This document shows positions 40,978 through 53,149 of a DNA stretch of 64,000 bases, piece by piece (the stretch's first letter is position 1; each line of letters begins with the position of its first letter). The stretch comes from Octopus vulgaris. Lineage: Eukaryota. The stretch spans positions 120,962,001-121,026,000 of the forward strand of contig OX597819.1 of assembly GCA_951406725.2 (NCBI GenBank). Reading direction: 5' to 3'. The notes beneath the pieces were generated by a model. The model did not search any database and was not told the DNA's origin. It was given only the letters and a program-made list of their open reading frames with translations. The translations under genes and the position numbers were made by a program.

Positions 40978-41314
40978 ATATATATAAATATATATACAAC
41001 ACACTTATACATATGGAATAATGCGATACATATCAAACACACGCATACTTCTATAATACAGCTTAATGAAATACTCCATAAATATAATAAATATCTGGCT
41101 TAGTGATTAGGTATTTTAAGTTAAATTCCTGTACCGGGTGCTGTGCTCTTGAACGAAGCAGTTCATTTCAAGTAGCTCCCCTCCATACAGATGTCAAAAG
41201 TGAGAAATTTTACGACGGTAGTGAGTCCCGTCCAGATGAGTGTTATATGAATGAACTAGTGGAACGGGACGGGCCTTTGATCCTTTTGATATACGATGTA
41301 CATACATACATACA

Positions 41315-41452
<138 letters not shown>

Positions 41453-41454
41453 TA

Positions 41455-41855
41455 TAATAATAAGAGTAAATAATTTGCTTGACCGCATACCGAAAAATAA
41501 TATATATGAAATATATATTCAATATGTTTATAATCCAGAAACATGATGTTCACAGATAACCACCAGACTTCGTCTTCGATATCTATTCCTTCTGTTTTGC
41601 ATATGTGAATTACAGGGTTTGTCGTGCCCGGAGTCCCACTTTGATAGAAATAAGCATTCTTGACTGCTATTTCTATTTTTTCGGTATGCGGTCAAGCAAC
41701 CTGTTGCCTGTCCCTTTTTCTTATATACAATATATATACTGAACTTTACAGAAGTTCCTGCCGGTAATCGGCTATATTTACATACCGAATTCTACCAGTA
41801 AATAATTGTGGTTTCTTTAAAAACCTTTATAGAAATTATTTACTCTTATTATTAT
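41455..41855. repeat. Element with nested inverted repeats between (TA)n tracts
   Basis: ataataataagagtaaataattt / aaattatttactcttattattat and ttgcttgaccgcataccgaaaaa / tttttcggtatgcggtcaagcaa. Confidence 0.75.
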
Positions 41856-42047
41856 ATACATATATATATATATATATGTATATGTAAATTTTATACCATT
41901 TTTATATAAGGACAAGATCTAGCTTCATTGCACCAGCAGGAGCAACAGCAGCATCAACAACATCAACAGAAGTAGTAGTTGTAGCAGTACTATGTAATGC
42001 ATGCGTTAGATGGTATTTTTCTTGCGTCATTATTATTTAACAATATC

Positions 42048-42440
42048 AAGGCGGCGTGCTGGCAGAAACGTTAGCACGGCGGGCGAAATGCTTAGCGGTA
42101 TTTCGTCTGCCGTTACGTTCTGAGTTCAAATTCCGCCGAGGTCGACTTTGCCTTTCATCCTTTCGGGGCTGATAAATTAAGTACCAGTTACGCACTGGGG
42201 TCAATGTAATCTTCTTAATCTGCTTGTCTGTCCTTGTTTGTCCCCTCTGTGTTTAGCCCCTTGTGCGTAGTAAAGAAATAGGTATTCCGTCTGCTGCTAT
42301 GTTCTGAGTTCAAATTCCGCCGAGGTCAACTTTGCCTTTCAACTTTTCGGGGTCAATAAATTAAGTAGCAGTTACGCACTGGGATCGATGTAATCCTTGT
42401 TTGTCCCCTCTATATTTAGCCCCTTCTGGGCAATAAGGAA
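42048..42440 (+). mobile_element. SINE family B, dimeric form
   Basis: Head plus two gagttcaaattccgccgagg units. Confidence 0.9.
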
Positions 42441-42607
42441 AAAAAGAGAAGCTTGCCTCCTAACCTTCCGGACTCAGTCCAACTGCGACGTTGGGCAAAT
42501 GTCTTTTACTATAGCATAGGTCCGACCAAAAACCTTCTGAGTGGATTTGTTAGACGGAAACAGAAAGAAACTCGTTACATATATAAACACACACACATAA
42601 ATATATG

Positions 42608-42646
<39 letters not shown>

Positions 42647-42905
42647 TTATATATATTTACATATATATAATTAGGGTAGATTTTAATACTATTAATTAAT
42701 GCTAATGTAAACCATACTTCAAGATTTTATAGTCCGAGGACCATAAAATGTTGAAGTATGGAGTTAATTGCTCTATTTTGACTCCTTTCATTTGTTTTGC
42801 TCGCATACATCCTAGCGTTTGCTAAAATTTTGAAGGACATATTCCACGTAGAAAGGCGATTTGGCGTATTCTAGCATGGTAGGAATCCATCTTGGTGGCT
42901 ATTTC

Positions 42906-42969
<64 letters not shown>

Positions 42970-42976
<7 letters not shown>

Positions 42977-43490
42977 GTATGGGATTCAAGCCTCTTCTCC
43001 TTATCTCCTCAAAGACATACAGCACCTCGAAAGAGTCCAGAGGCTGGCTACCCGCATGGTTCATGGTCTCAAAAATTTGTCCTACGAAGAAAGGCTGAGG
43101 ACGCTCGACCTTTGTTCTCTTGAAAAACGCCGCCGCCGTGGTGATCTCATTCTCGCCCACAACATCATAAGCGGGAAGTGTAACCTCTCGAAAGAGCTGT
43201 TCTTCTCTCCTGCTCCGGAGCGTCGGCTGCGGGGTCATTCCGAAAAGCTCTACCTGCGACGATTTCATCTCAATCGAAGGAGAGGAGCTTTCTCCGTCCG
43301 GGTTGCGGATCCGTGGAACAAGCTGCCAGACGAGATGGTGAAGATGCCGACGACCGCTTTGTTCAAAGCCTCCCTGGACCTCAAGTGGCCTGAACTCTTT
43401 ACATGAACACCACCCTGTACTTAACTCCATGTCCCCCTACATGGCCTTGCTATTTGCTTTTGAGCCAAATTAACTAACTAACTAACTAAC
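42970..43490 (+). mobile_element. Second CR1 copy, 3'-most ~520 bp
   Basis: Nearly identical to 28201-28722 (ILEYGIQASSPY...KWPELFT*, same UTR and (TAAC)n); embedded in (TA)n. Confidence 0.95.
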
Positions 43491-43494
43491 TGAC

Positions 43495-43539
<45 letters not shown>

Positions 43540-43643
43540 GAATACAATATAACCTAACATTTAAGATATATGCCTATATACATTACGGAGATGTACATGC
43601 ATAGCAAGTGTCCTGATCTGAAATCGTGTGCTGGAGCAAAAAC

Positions 43644-43868
43644 CATTGCACCGTGGAAGGTGCTTATAAGCCACATTAAAAACACACAAAAACGGTCACA
43701 TTCACTTCAACACTTAAGTATAAATTTGCCAAAATATTTTCGCCGCTTTTGAGACCGCAAACTGTTCACTGACAAAATATTTTTTGCAAATAAATTTAAA
43801 TGTTAAAGTGAATCTAACGGTTTTTGTATGTCTTTAAATGGCTTATAAACACCTTCCACGCCGCAATT
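43644..43868. repeat. Diverged inverted repeat (~90-bp arms) with a central hammerhead motif
   Basis: cgtggaaggtgcttataagcca / tggcttataaacaccttccacg. Confidence 0.8.
43725..43776 (-). ncRNA. Minimal hammerhead motif with inverted G3-C8 core
   Basis: tttgtca-GTGAACA-gtttgc ggtctcaaaa gcggc-GAAA-atat-TT-tggcaaa: 7-bp stem I with one G-U, palindromic stem III. Confidence 0.6.
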
Positions 43869-44126
43869 GTAGTTATATATATATGTATTTATGTATATAT
43901 GTTAGGTACAAAAAATTCAGGGTGAATACTTGATAACTGTAAGCACCTGTATATGCCAGTTAGTGGTGTAGGTGATAGGGTATATTTATAACATACATGT
44001 TACATCAATTATGCATTGATATAAATTGTCCAATAAAGCCAGAAACATATGTACCGCTAAATCCTTTGTGTTCTGTTTTTCTTTTGATAAATATGTATAT
44101 ATATATATATTTATGTATGTATGTAT

Positions 44127-44189
<63 letters not shown>

Positions 44190-44741
44190 CATATATACAC
44201 ACGTGCGTATGTATGCATGTATAATAGATAGGATATGAGGCAACATTTAACATTTCTAGAAACTTTAGCTTTTATCAGTGTCTAATACTTCGGAATCTAA
44301 CATACAACACCCACCTGATTGATATGACTTTTACTAAGCATATCTGCTTTTTTTTTTCTTTTGAAAAAATTTTTTTTTGCAATTTATATCTTACTTTATT
44401 TATGGTTTTTACATTCGTATTGTAATTTTTTTCTACATGTGCTACTACGCTTCGTTTCTGTGCTAATGTTCTTTGTTAATATGAAGTATTTTTTTTTCTT
44501 TATCATCTTAATTACATGATAACGGTTAGGCGATAAGGGCTCCGCGATAAGGTTTATACAATAATGGTTGCATGATAATGCTTACACGATAAGAAGTTGA
44601 AAGTTAAAATGGATTAGACATTTTTACGTTTTCCAGTTAATGTTTTGTATGTTTTCTAGCTCTTTTTATTGATATTTATATGTTTATTTACTAATATATT
44701 TATTCCTAAAATTTCGTTCGAAACACTATATAAGATTTTAA

Positions 44742-44968
44742 ACTTCTAGATTTTGGGTAACCACAGAAGATTTTACTGCTTGTCATACAGAATCATCCAC
44801 AAAGCCTATGTTATTAGTAAAATACAATAGTTTTTAGTTCTAGAATTTGGGTAACCACAGAAGATTCAACTGTCTCTCCTTCAGGTGCATTTATAATGCC
44901 TGTTATTTGTTAAATACAGTAGTTGTTAATGCGTAGATTTTGGGGGTATCACAGAAGATTCTTATTGC
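44742..44968 (+). repeat. Diverged ~94-bp tandem repeat, about 2.4 units
   Basis: taga(a/t)tttggg...cacagaagatt recurs at ~44747, 44841 and 44934. Confidence 0.8.
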
Positions 44969-44981
44969 CGTATATATATAT

Positions 44982-45225
44982 GTTTAAGTAGTTGAATGAA
45001 TTATCCTAGTATGGATAATTCGGTTAACCGATACCCGGGTAGCAAATTTACGTCAGAAAGCACGGTAGAAGCTACATGCCAAGGGCAGAAATCACGTGCT
45101 TACGTGTGGAAATTTGTGTGTTTTTTTACTATAGATAAATGAAAGAATGGAGTCGAACGACGATTTAACAAAATTCATTTATTCTCCGATTTTGTTAAAT
45201 CGTCGTTCGACTCCATTCTTTCATT

Positions 45226-45228
<3 letters not shown>
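44982..45228 (-). mobile_element. Family H2 copy ending in a perfect 40-bp hairpin
   Basis: Homologous to 13664-13876; arms 45135-45174 and 45189-45228 are exact reverse complements. Confidence 0.85.
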
Positions 45229-45297
<69 letters not shown>

Positions 45298-45326
45298 GTA
45301 TATATATATATATATATGTATATATA

Positions 45327-45506
45327 TGTTTTTTTTCTCTGTGTATCTTTCTGTTGAAGAGCGTAGGCTCGAAACGTTAAAGACTTGTTTTATTTATATT
45401 TCCTGAGCGCCATACTAATACAATTGTTTGTTTGTTTTCCACCTGCCTTCGTCTTTTGTCTATTTTCATAAAGCTTCCCGTTATATATATATATACATAT
45501 ATATAC

Positions 45507-45540
<34 letters not shown>

Positions 45541-45830
45541 GTGTGTATATATGTATATATATATATATGTATATATATATATGTATATATATGTATATAT
45601 GTATATAACGGGAAGCTTTATGAAAATAGACAAAAGACGAAGGCAGGTGGAAAACAAGCAAACAATTGTATTAGTATGGCGCTCAGGAAATATAAATAAA
45701 ACAAGTCTTTAACGTTTCGAGGCTACGCTCTTCAACAGAAAGATACACAGAGAAAAAAACAACACAGAAAGAAGGAGAGAAAAAATGCGTGCAGTAACTA
45801 ACGAATCAACATGGCGATCTGATTTCGGCC
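45327..45830. mobile_element. Tail-to-tail pair of H1 copies around a (TA)n core
   Basis: 45327-45487 and 45602-45761 are reverse complements with about 2 substitutions; hammerhead motifs at 45346-45383 (+) and 45706-45743 (-). Confidence 0.9.
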
Positions 45831-46084
45831 AGTAGTCAAAGATCAAACATGAGACGCGAGAGCGAAATTAGGGGAGATAATAGGGTTGAATGACCTACTC
45901 CAACATAAGGGTGTGTGTGTGTGTGTGTGTGTATGAGAGAGTATTAGTGCGTATGAGAGGTCTGGACGTGTGTATGTATAGGGTTGGTGTATGTATTAGT
46001 ATGTATTAGTATGTATTAGTTGGTGTATGTATTAGTATGGCACATCATATATGATGTGATGTGTAAAGTCGTGTGGTGTAGTGT

Positions 46085-46290
46085 GGAGAGAGGAGAAGAG
46101 GGGGAGGAGAGGAGGGGGAGGGGGAGAGGAGGGGGAGAAGGAAGGGGGTGGAGGAGGAAGGAGGAAAGAGGGAGAGGTGGAGAGGGGGAGAGAGAAGGGG
46201 AGTGAGGGAGCAGAGGGAAGGGGAAGAGGGAAGGAGGGAGGGAGAAAGAGGGAAGAAGGGAAGGGGAGTAGGGGTGAAAGGATGAAGGAC
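46085..46290 (+). repeat. G-rich polypurine tract
   Basis: About 200 nt of almost pure G/A with many GGG-GGGG runs. Confidence 0.85.
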
Positions 46291-46295
46291 TGAAG

Positions 46296-46384
<89 letters not shown>

Positions 46385-46789
46385 TATATATATATCTAAA
46401 TGCAGAAGCATTTGTGATATCTATGCTATTAGTTCAATACAATATATTTTTGTTCGTAGTGACTAAGATATCGCGAAAGATATCACATACATGCTATTTA
46501 ATTTCAGCAAGGTGGATTAACAAACACGATAATACTGTGGGTCTTCAGTACTTTTGAACTCAATATAGTTACACCCAAAATATACTTAGCAGTATAAACA
46601 TTTCCTTACCTCTTTGCAATAGAAAGCTGTTAGTAGGTTGTTGTTTCTACGCTATCCGCAAACAGTTAGATCTCGCTGTTATTTTTTGAACACTTGTCAC
46701 CTGAAAGCCACATCAAAATTCTTCTCAACTACGGTTTAGTATGCTGAACCATTTCAGCTGCACCCTCCCATACCTCCACCCCTTTTCAA

Positions 46790-47565
46790 CTTGTGATGAA
46801 CTCAGTGAAGTGTGTCTGTTCTCGGATTGGTCTTCAAGTGAATCATCGAAAGGCTGAAGTAATCCAATCATCGTTCCCATTCTCATCTCCGCCTCAGCCC
46901 GTTTTTCTTGATGTTGCTCCTCTACCGCAAGCGGACTCATTCTGCTATCTTGGAACCACGACCTCTAACACTGGATCCCTTGACGGGGGAATACTCCGTC
47001 GGATCGACCTGGCCTCTGTATCTTTCGGGAAACTCAGTGAACGAATCTTTCAGAACAAGAAACTTAGTGCCAATACAAAAATTTCCGTTTATCGATCTGT
47101 TTATGTATCAGTCTCCTGTATGAGTCTGAGTGATTGACACTTTATCGGCGCCAGATCATACAACTGGAAATGTTCCATAACAGATCGCTCCAACGTTTCC
47201 TGGGTCTCATGCGGAAGGAGAATATGACTCACACCAAAACCCTCCTCAAGGCTGAGATCATACTACGGCATGCATCCTTCAGCCTCTACTCCACTGGGTT
47301 GGCTGTGTAATTCGTATGGTGGGTATGGTCCTCTTCAGTCAGATTAAGACTGGAAGTAGGCCTCATAGACGTCCACAGTTTTGTTTTCATGATCCTCGTA
47401 AGTGGTCTCTCTCACATAGTGTCTCTTCCAAATTGTTGGGGCTTCTGGCTGTTAATCGCAAGACATGGAAGTCCATGCGTGATACCAGGGTAGCGCACTT
47501 GAAAGCCAAACGCAGAAGACTCCTTCGAGAGAGGAGACGTCATCATCAACCCACTGCGACTGTTG
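46790..47565 (+). pseudogene. RTE-clade LINE RT C-terminal fragment, old
   Basis: IGLQVNHRKAEVI...FCYLGTT...RRIDLASVSFGKL...TKISVYRS; downstream frames contain MVLFSQIKTGSRPHRRP. Confidence 0.8.
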
Positions 47566-47774
47566 TTCGGTGTTAATTTCAGTGCCTTGAGGGCTACAGT
47601 ATCTTGTATTGATCTTGTCAGTCACGCCAGAGGTGCAGCAGCATAGCCGTAGTTCAATGACTGAAACAAAGAGAAAGTTATAAATACGTTGCAATAGACT
47701 TCTATATAAAACTATTGCGCCATTTTTATAAGCTCCGTTATTTATAGAAAATATCTTCAAACCTATCCTAAAAT

Positions 47775-48110
47775 TGTCGTGGCACTCCGTCGGTTACAAC
47801 GACGAGGGTTCCAGTTGTTCTGATCAACGGAACAGCCTGCTCGTGAAATTAACGTGCAAGTGGCTGAGCACTCCACATGCACGTGTACCCTTAACGTAGT
47901 TCTCGGGGAGATTCAGCGTGACACAGAGTGTGACAAGGCCGGCCCTTTGAAATACAGGTACAACAGAAAGAGGAAGAAAGAGTTAGAGCGAATTGTGGAG
48001 CTTTAAATGTTTTGGCTCAATAAACACTCACAATGCACGGTCTGGGATTCGAAACCGCGATCCTACGACCGCGAGTCCGCTGCTCTAACCACTGGGCCGT
48101 TGCGCATCCA
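47775..48110 (-). mobile_element. tRNA-derived SINE, family D
   Basis: Minus-strand head ggcccagtggttagagcagcggactcgcggtcgtaggatcgcggtttcgaatccc (A and B boxes) followed by a GC-rich body. The body's 3' boundary is inferred. Confidence 0.75.
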
Positions 48111-48228
48111 CCATACTTAAGTGGATTTATAAAAATCATAGGAAATATGTTGTCTAGGGAGAGTCATATTCTTTTTGTGCCTTATAATTTAACACAGGAA
48201 ATTTGTTTGTACAGTTCTATATGCCCAC

Positions 48229-48466
48229 GGGCGTATGGCGTAGTTGTTGAGAGCGCGGGCTACTAACCCCAAGATTCCGAGTTCGACTCCAACCAGTGAC
48301 CTGAATAATAATAATAACAATACTAATAACAACAACAGGAATGAGAACCCAGGTTCGAAATTTCCCCAAGACACCTGATAAAGGCTGGAGGGTATATCAG
48401 CAGAAACATTGTGTTAACAACAAAGACGAGGACAAATATCCGTTATATGTAAATAATGTACATAAT
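48229..48466 (+). mobile_element. tRNA-headed SINE-like element with (AAT)n linker and hammerhead-like tail
   Basis: A box tggcgtagttg (48236), B box gagttcgactcc (48279), then acac-CTGATAA-a-ggctg...cagca-GAAA-cat-t-gtgt (48371-48414). Confidence 0.65.
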
Positions 48467-48847
48467 GCAAAGTCAGCAGTGTTCCAGAATGACAGATCGA
48501 TTCCAACCAGAGTGTTTCCACAGTTTGCGTCAATCAATTTCCAGTTGGAAGGATTATATATGTCTGACGCAAGTAATAATATAACACATATGATCAACAT
48601 GCTACGCTGCACGGGATCGAACCCGGCAACCAATTATTGCGAAACTAGCACATTAACCGTTCGGTCTCACATGCATACATGACCAACGCAAACACAAAAC
48701 ACTCACACACATACACGCACACGTGGTCACACACACGCACACACATGCCGCACATACAAATATAAATACACGCACAAGTAAACAGGAACGCAGACTAGTA
48801 TACTTCTATAGCGATGTGTGTGTGTGCGTGTATATATATGCACATTG

Positions 48848-48910
<63 letters not shown>

Positions 48911-48922
48911 TATATATGTATT

Positions 48923-48958
<36 letters not shown>

Positions 48959-49073
48959 ATATGTATATATATGTATATGTATATATGTGTATATATATAT
49001 ACATATATATATATATTTATATACATATATATGTATATGTGTGTCTATGTGTGTACGCATAAATAAATGCATT

Positions 49074-49136
<63 letters not shown>

Positions 49137-49705
49137 CATATACATGTGCATATAAATTAATGTAAGTATATATATATTTATATATATTTGTCGGTATACA
49201 GGTATTCACGTATGCATATGTACAAGTACGTACATCGTGAATGCATGTGCTTACGTACGTAACTACGTTCATTCACAGGTACGCGAATGTGTTTGCCGGA
49301 TTGCTTGTATATATATTCAATATATCAAGACACAGACACTCACACAGACACACACACCCGTTTGAACACAAACAAAATGCTACACTTACCTGATCCAAAC
49401 GCAATGGAGATAATTTACTTGGCTTGATCTTATCTCCTCATGGCAATAAACAACATAAAACTACATACGTAAATATATGAAGGCAAGCGTGTGTCTCACT
49501 GTCTACCTGTATTTTCTCTGTGTGTACATATATTGATTGTATTAATTGCAGTTACATGTACACATATATTAATGAACACATTCGATATATATATATATAC
49601 TTATATACTTATATAAAGACACACACAATAAGTATATATGTATATTTATATATACATATATACGTCATATATATTTGTCAGCATATATATATAAATGATA
49701 TATTG

Positions 49706-49763
<58 letters not shown>

Positions 49764-49833
49764 CTGTATGTATGTGTGTGTAACAAAAATATAAATTTGT
49801 GAATGTTTATATGTATATGTACATGAACATGTA

Positions 49834-49866
<33 letters not shown>

Positions 49867-49946
49867 TATATATATATATATATATATATACATATACATA
49901 CATATATATATCTATTATGTATATGCATATATATACGTATATATAT

Positions 49947-49978
<32 letters not shown>

Positions 49979-50635
49979 CATATAAATATATATAGAAACA
50001 TACATACATATATATATATATACATATATATATAAATATATATATATATGTATATATATATATACACATATATATTCACATACATACAGCCATTTATAGT
50101 GTGCATTAATGTACAGAAGTATACCCAATTCCCTTGCGTATACACAAATCTAGAGTATGATCTAACTCTACATATTAATGAACCAACGACTTTCAAATAA
50201 TAAGTACATATACTCTCTGTTTCTTCTTACTTTCCACCCAAACATCATACACCGCTACCCCTTTATCTATCATTTTCTTTCTTCACCCCCTATACTCTGC
50301 TTATCGCTTTACTTATATTCCTTAAAAATCTTCGCGATCTCCTTAATCAAGGAACACACAAACACACAAACACAAACATACATATATACATACACATAGG
50401 CATATGCTGCTTATAACATGTAGCTCTAATTCATTCGACGACTGTCGAATTCGCATCCACTCAATTAAGATCAAGTGACACTTACTTTCTCAAGGTTGTT
50501 CGGCGCAAAATTTGAGATTTTAGATAAAAGGGGAAAAAAAAACGTTCGTGTTTTAACCTCGACTATGCAGGCAAACATAGTACGTACATACATACATACA
50601 TTTTGGCACACACACATGCACGGACGCACACACAC

Positions 50636-50720
<85 letters not shown>

Positions 50721-50886
50721 TTATATTTACATATATATACTTATATGCATATATTTATTTACATATATGTATGTTATATATATATATATATATATATTTA
50801 CACACACACACACATACACGCATAGATATATATATATGCATATGTATGCATATATGTACATATACTTATATATAAATACATTTATG

Positions 50887-50953
<67 letters not shown>

Positions 50954-50982
50954 GTATATTTGCACGTATGTACGTATATATA

Positions 50983-51028
<46 letters not shown>

Positions 51029-51324
51029 AATGTATTTATATAAGTATGTAGGTAAGTATTCATTCACACAGAAACAGAGATCAATTTTTCAGTATTTCGT
51101 AATTGCTTCTCACTAAATTATTGATAATGTTTAGTAATGTGGCAACAGGCACTCAGACATCACATGACGTAATACAGAAACGTCTTTAAACCAAAGGAGG
51201 GGCCAACAAACGAGTCGCTTCTTGTCCACTTGATTTGCTAGAAATAGCAACCAACCACGTCTTCTCCAATCATATCCTACTTAATTAGATAAAAATGGAT
51301 GAGGATAATGGATATATATCTTTT

Positions 51325-51520
51325 ATTTCGTAGTTGTTTCAGTTATTTGACTGCGGCCATGCTGGAGCATCAGTCAGAGAAATTTTACTCGAACAAATCT
51401 TCGCCAGGATTTATTTCTTTTAAGTACTCATTCTATCGGTCTCTATTGCCGACCCACTGAGTCACAAGTGCGTAAACACACTAACACGGGTTGTCAAGCG
51501 GTGCGGGGTGTGACAAAGCA
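51325..51520 (-). mobile_element. SINE family A 3' half (matching head at 52735-52850)
   Basis: gtttcagttatttgactgcggccatgctggagca...gtaaacacactaacacgggttgtcaagcg. Confidence 0.75.
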
Positions 51521-51536
51521 AATACTCATAGATACA

Positions 51537-51596
<60 letters not shown>

Positions 51597-51597
<1 letters not shown>

Positions 51598-52053
51598 TAG
51601 CAGCATAGCCCGGCGTTGCCCGGGTATGTAAAAGCCCCTAGAAGGCAACGACTAATCCCAATCTAGTCCTTTCCCTCTAGGGAACGAAGGCGCATGTGTA
51701 GGTTGCAATGTCTTCTCTTCACTGGAATACTTCTGTGTATACGATGTTCCTAGCTGTCCCTTTGGGCGAAAACATGAAGACATCATTGCGCCTCCCAACG
51801 CTTGAACAGCCCACGTACAGCCCCAAAAATGTGTTGTATATAAAAAGCTTAGATTCTCGACCCCATGTCGAATTTATCGATTTTTTCAGAACTGGAGGAA
51901 CTTTTGAAACTTTTCGCTGCGTTAGTTTTGAATTATGACATTGGGCTATGTGTGTGTCATGTTTCATCAGAATCGGTTGAAAGCCGCGGTCAGGGTGAGG
52001 GTACAACGTGACAGACACACAGACAGACAAACTGCCGTTTATATAGAGAGAGA
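51597..52053 (-). mobile_element. Non-autonomous Helitron
   Basis: Minus strand starts TC and ends with hairpin cccgg-gcaacg-ccggg then CTAG; inserted between A and T of a (TA)n tract. Confidence 0.85.
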
Positions 52054-52088
52054 TATATATATTTATATATATATATATATATATACCA

Positions 52089-52720
52089 ATTTCTTTACTA
52101 CCCACAAGGGGCTAAACACAGAGAGGACAAACAAGGGCAGACAAAACGGATTAAGCCGATTATATCGACCCCAGTGCGTAACTGGTCCTTAATTTATCGA
52201 CCTCGAAAGGATAAAAGGCAAAGTTGACTTCGGCGGAATTTGAACTCAGAACGTAGCAGCAGACGAAATACCGCTAAGCATTTCGCCCGGCGTGCTAACG
52301 TTTCTGCCAGCTCATACCAGCTTAAAAGCTGTCCCATCGGAGAGGCTTTTAAGCTTGTACGTAGCTTTTAAGCAACTAACCACGAATGAGAACATCTGCA
52401 AACAGATCTCTGGCTTGTTTTGGAGAATTTTGGAGGAAGCAATTGCTTCCTCCAGAGTCATATCCCAATGATGATCATATTCGTTACAAAAAATCATTTC
52501 TTTATTGCCCAGAAAGGGCTAAACATAGAGAGGACAAACCATGACAGACAAAGGGATTAAGTCGATTACCAGTGCGAAACTTGTACTTTATTTATCGACC
52601 CCGAAAGGATGAACTGCAAAGTCGACCTCGGCGGAATTTGAACTCAGGACGTAACGAAAGACGAAATACCCCCTAAGCATTTCGCCCGGCGCCCTAAAGT
52701 GTCTGCCAGCTCGCCGCCTC
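52089..52720 (-). mobile_element. Two SINE family B copies (52089-52313 and 52496-52720)
   Basis: Reverse complements of the family B head and B-box unit. Confidence 0.88.
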
Positions 52721-53149
52721 TTATATATTTAAGGCGGGATTTTTTTCAGTTTCCGCCTACCAATTCCTCTCGCATGGCCTTGGTAATCCCGAGGCTTTAG
52801 TAGAAGACACTTGTCCAAGTTCCACGCAGTGGGACTGAACCCGGAACCAAATGTCTATATAACCTAACTTTTAATCTTCCATATACTATACTATAATATG
52901 CAACTATGCTTTTAATCTTCCCTGTGTTTTATTCATGAGGCTGCGGCAATGTTGGAGCAGTTGATCCGTGTACTCATTTTAATACTGATAGTAATTTTTA
53001 GGCTTTCCTGCCACAGCCGCAAGACCATATATATGAAGTATGTGAATTTAACCATCATTGGTTGCGAAACTGTAAGCGACAAACATGAATACAAAAATGC
53101 ACACGTTTTCTACCAGAAACAAACAGACGTGAATTCATTACAAATAGGT

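Noticed and set aside
48035-48300. Two divergent tRNA-like sequences as tRNA genes
   Set aside because: No proper acceptor stems or adjacent oligo-T terminators, and both continue into repeat bodies, so they are SINE heads. The same applies at 59752 and 63072.
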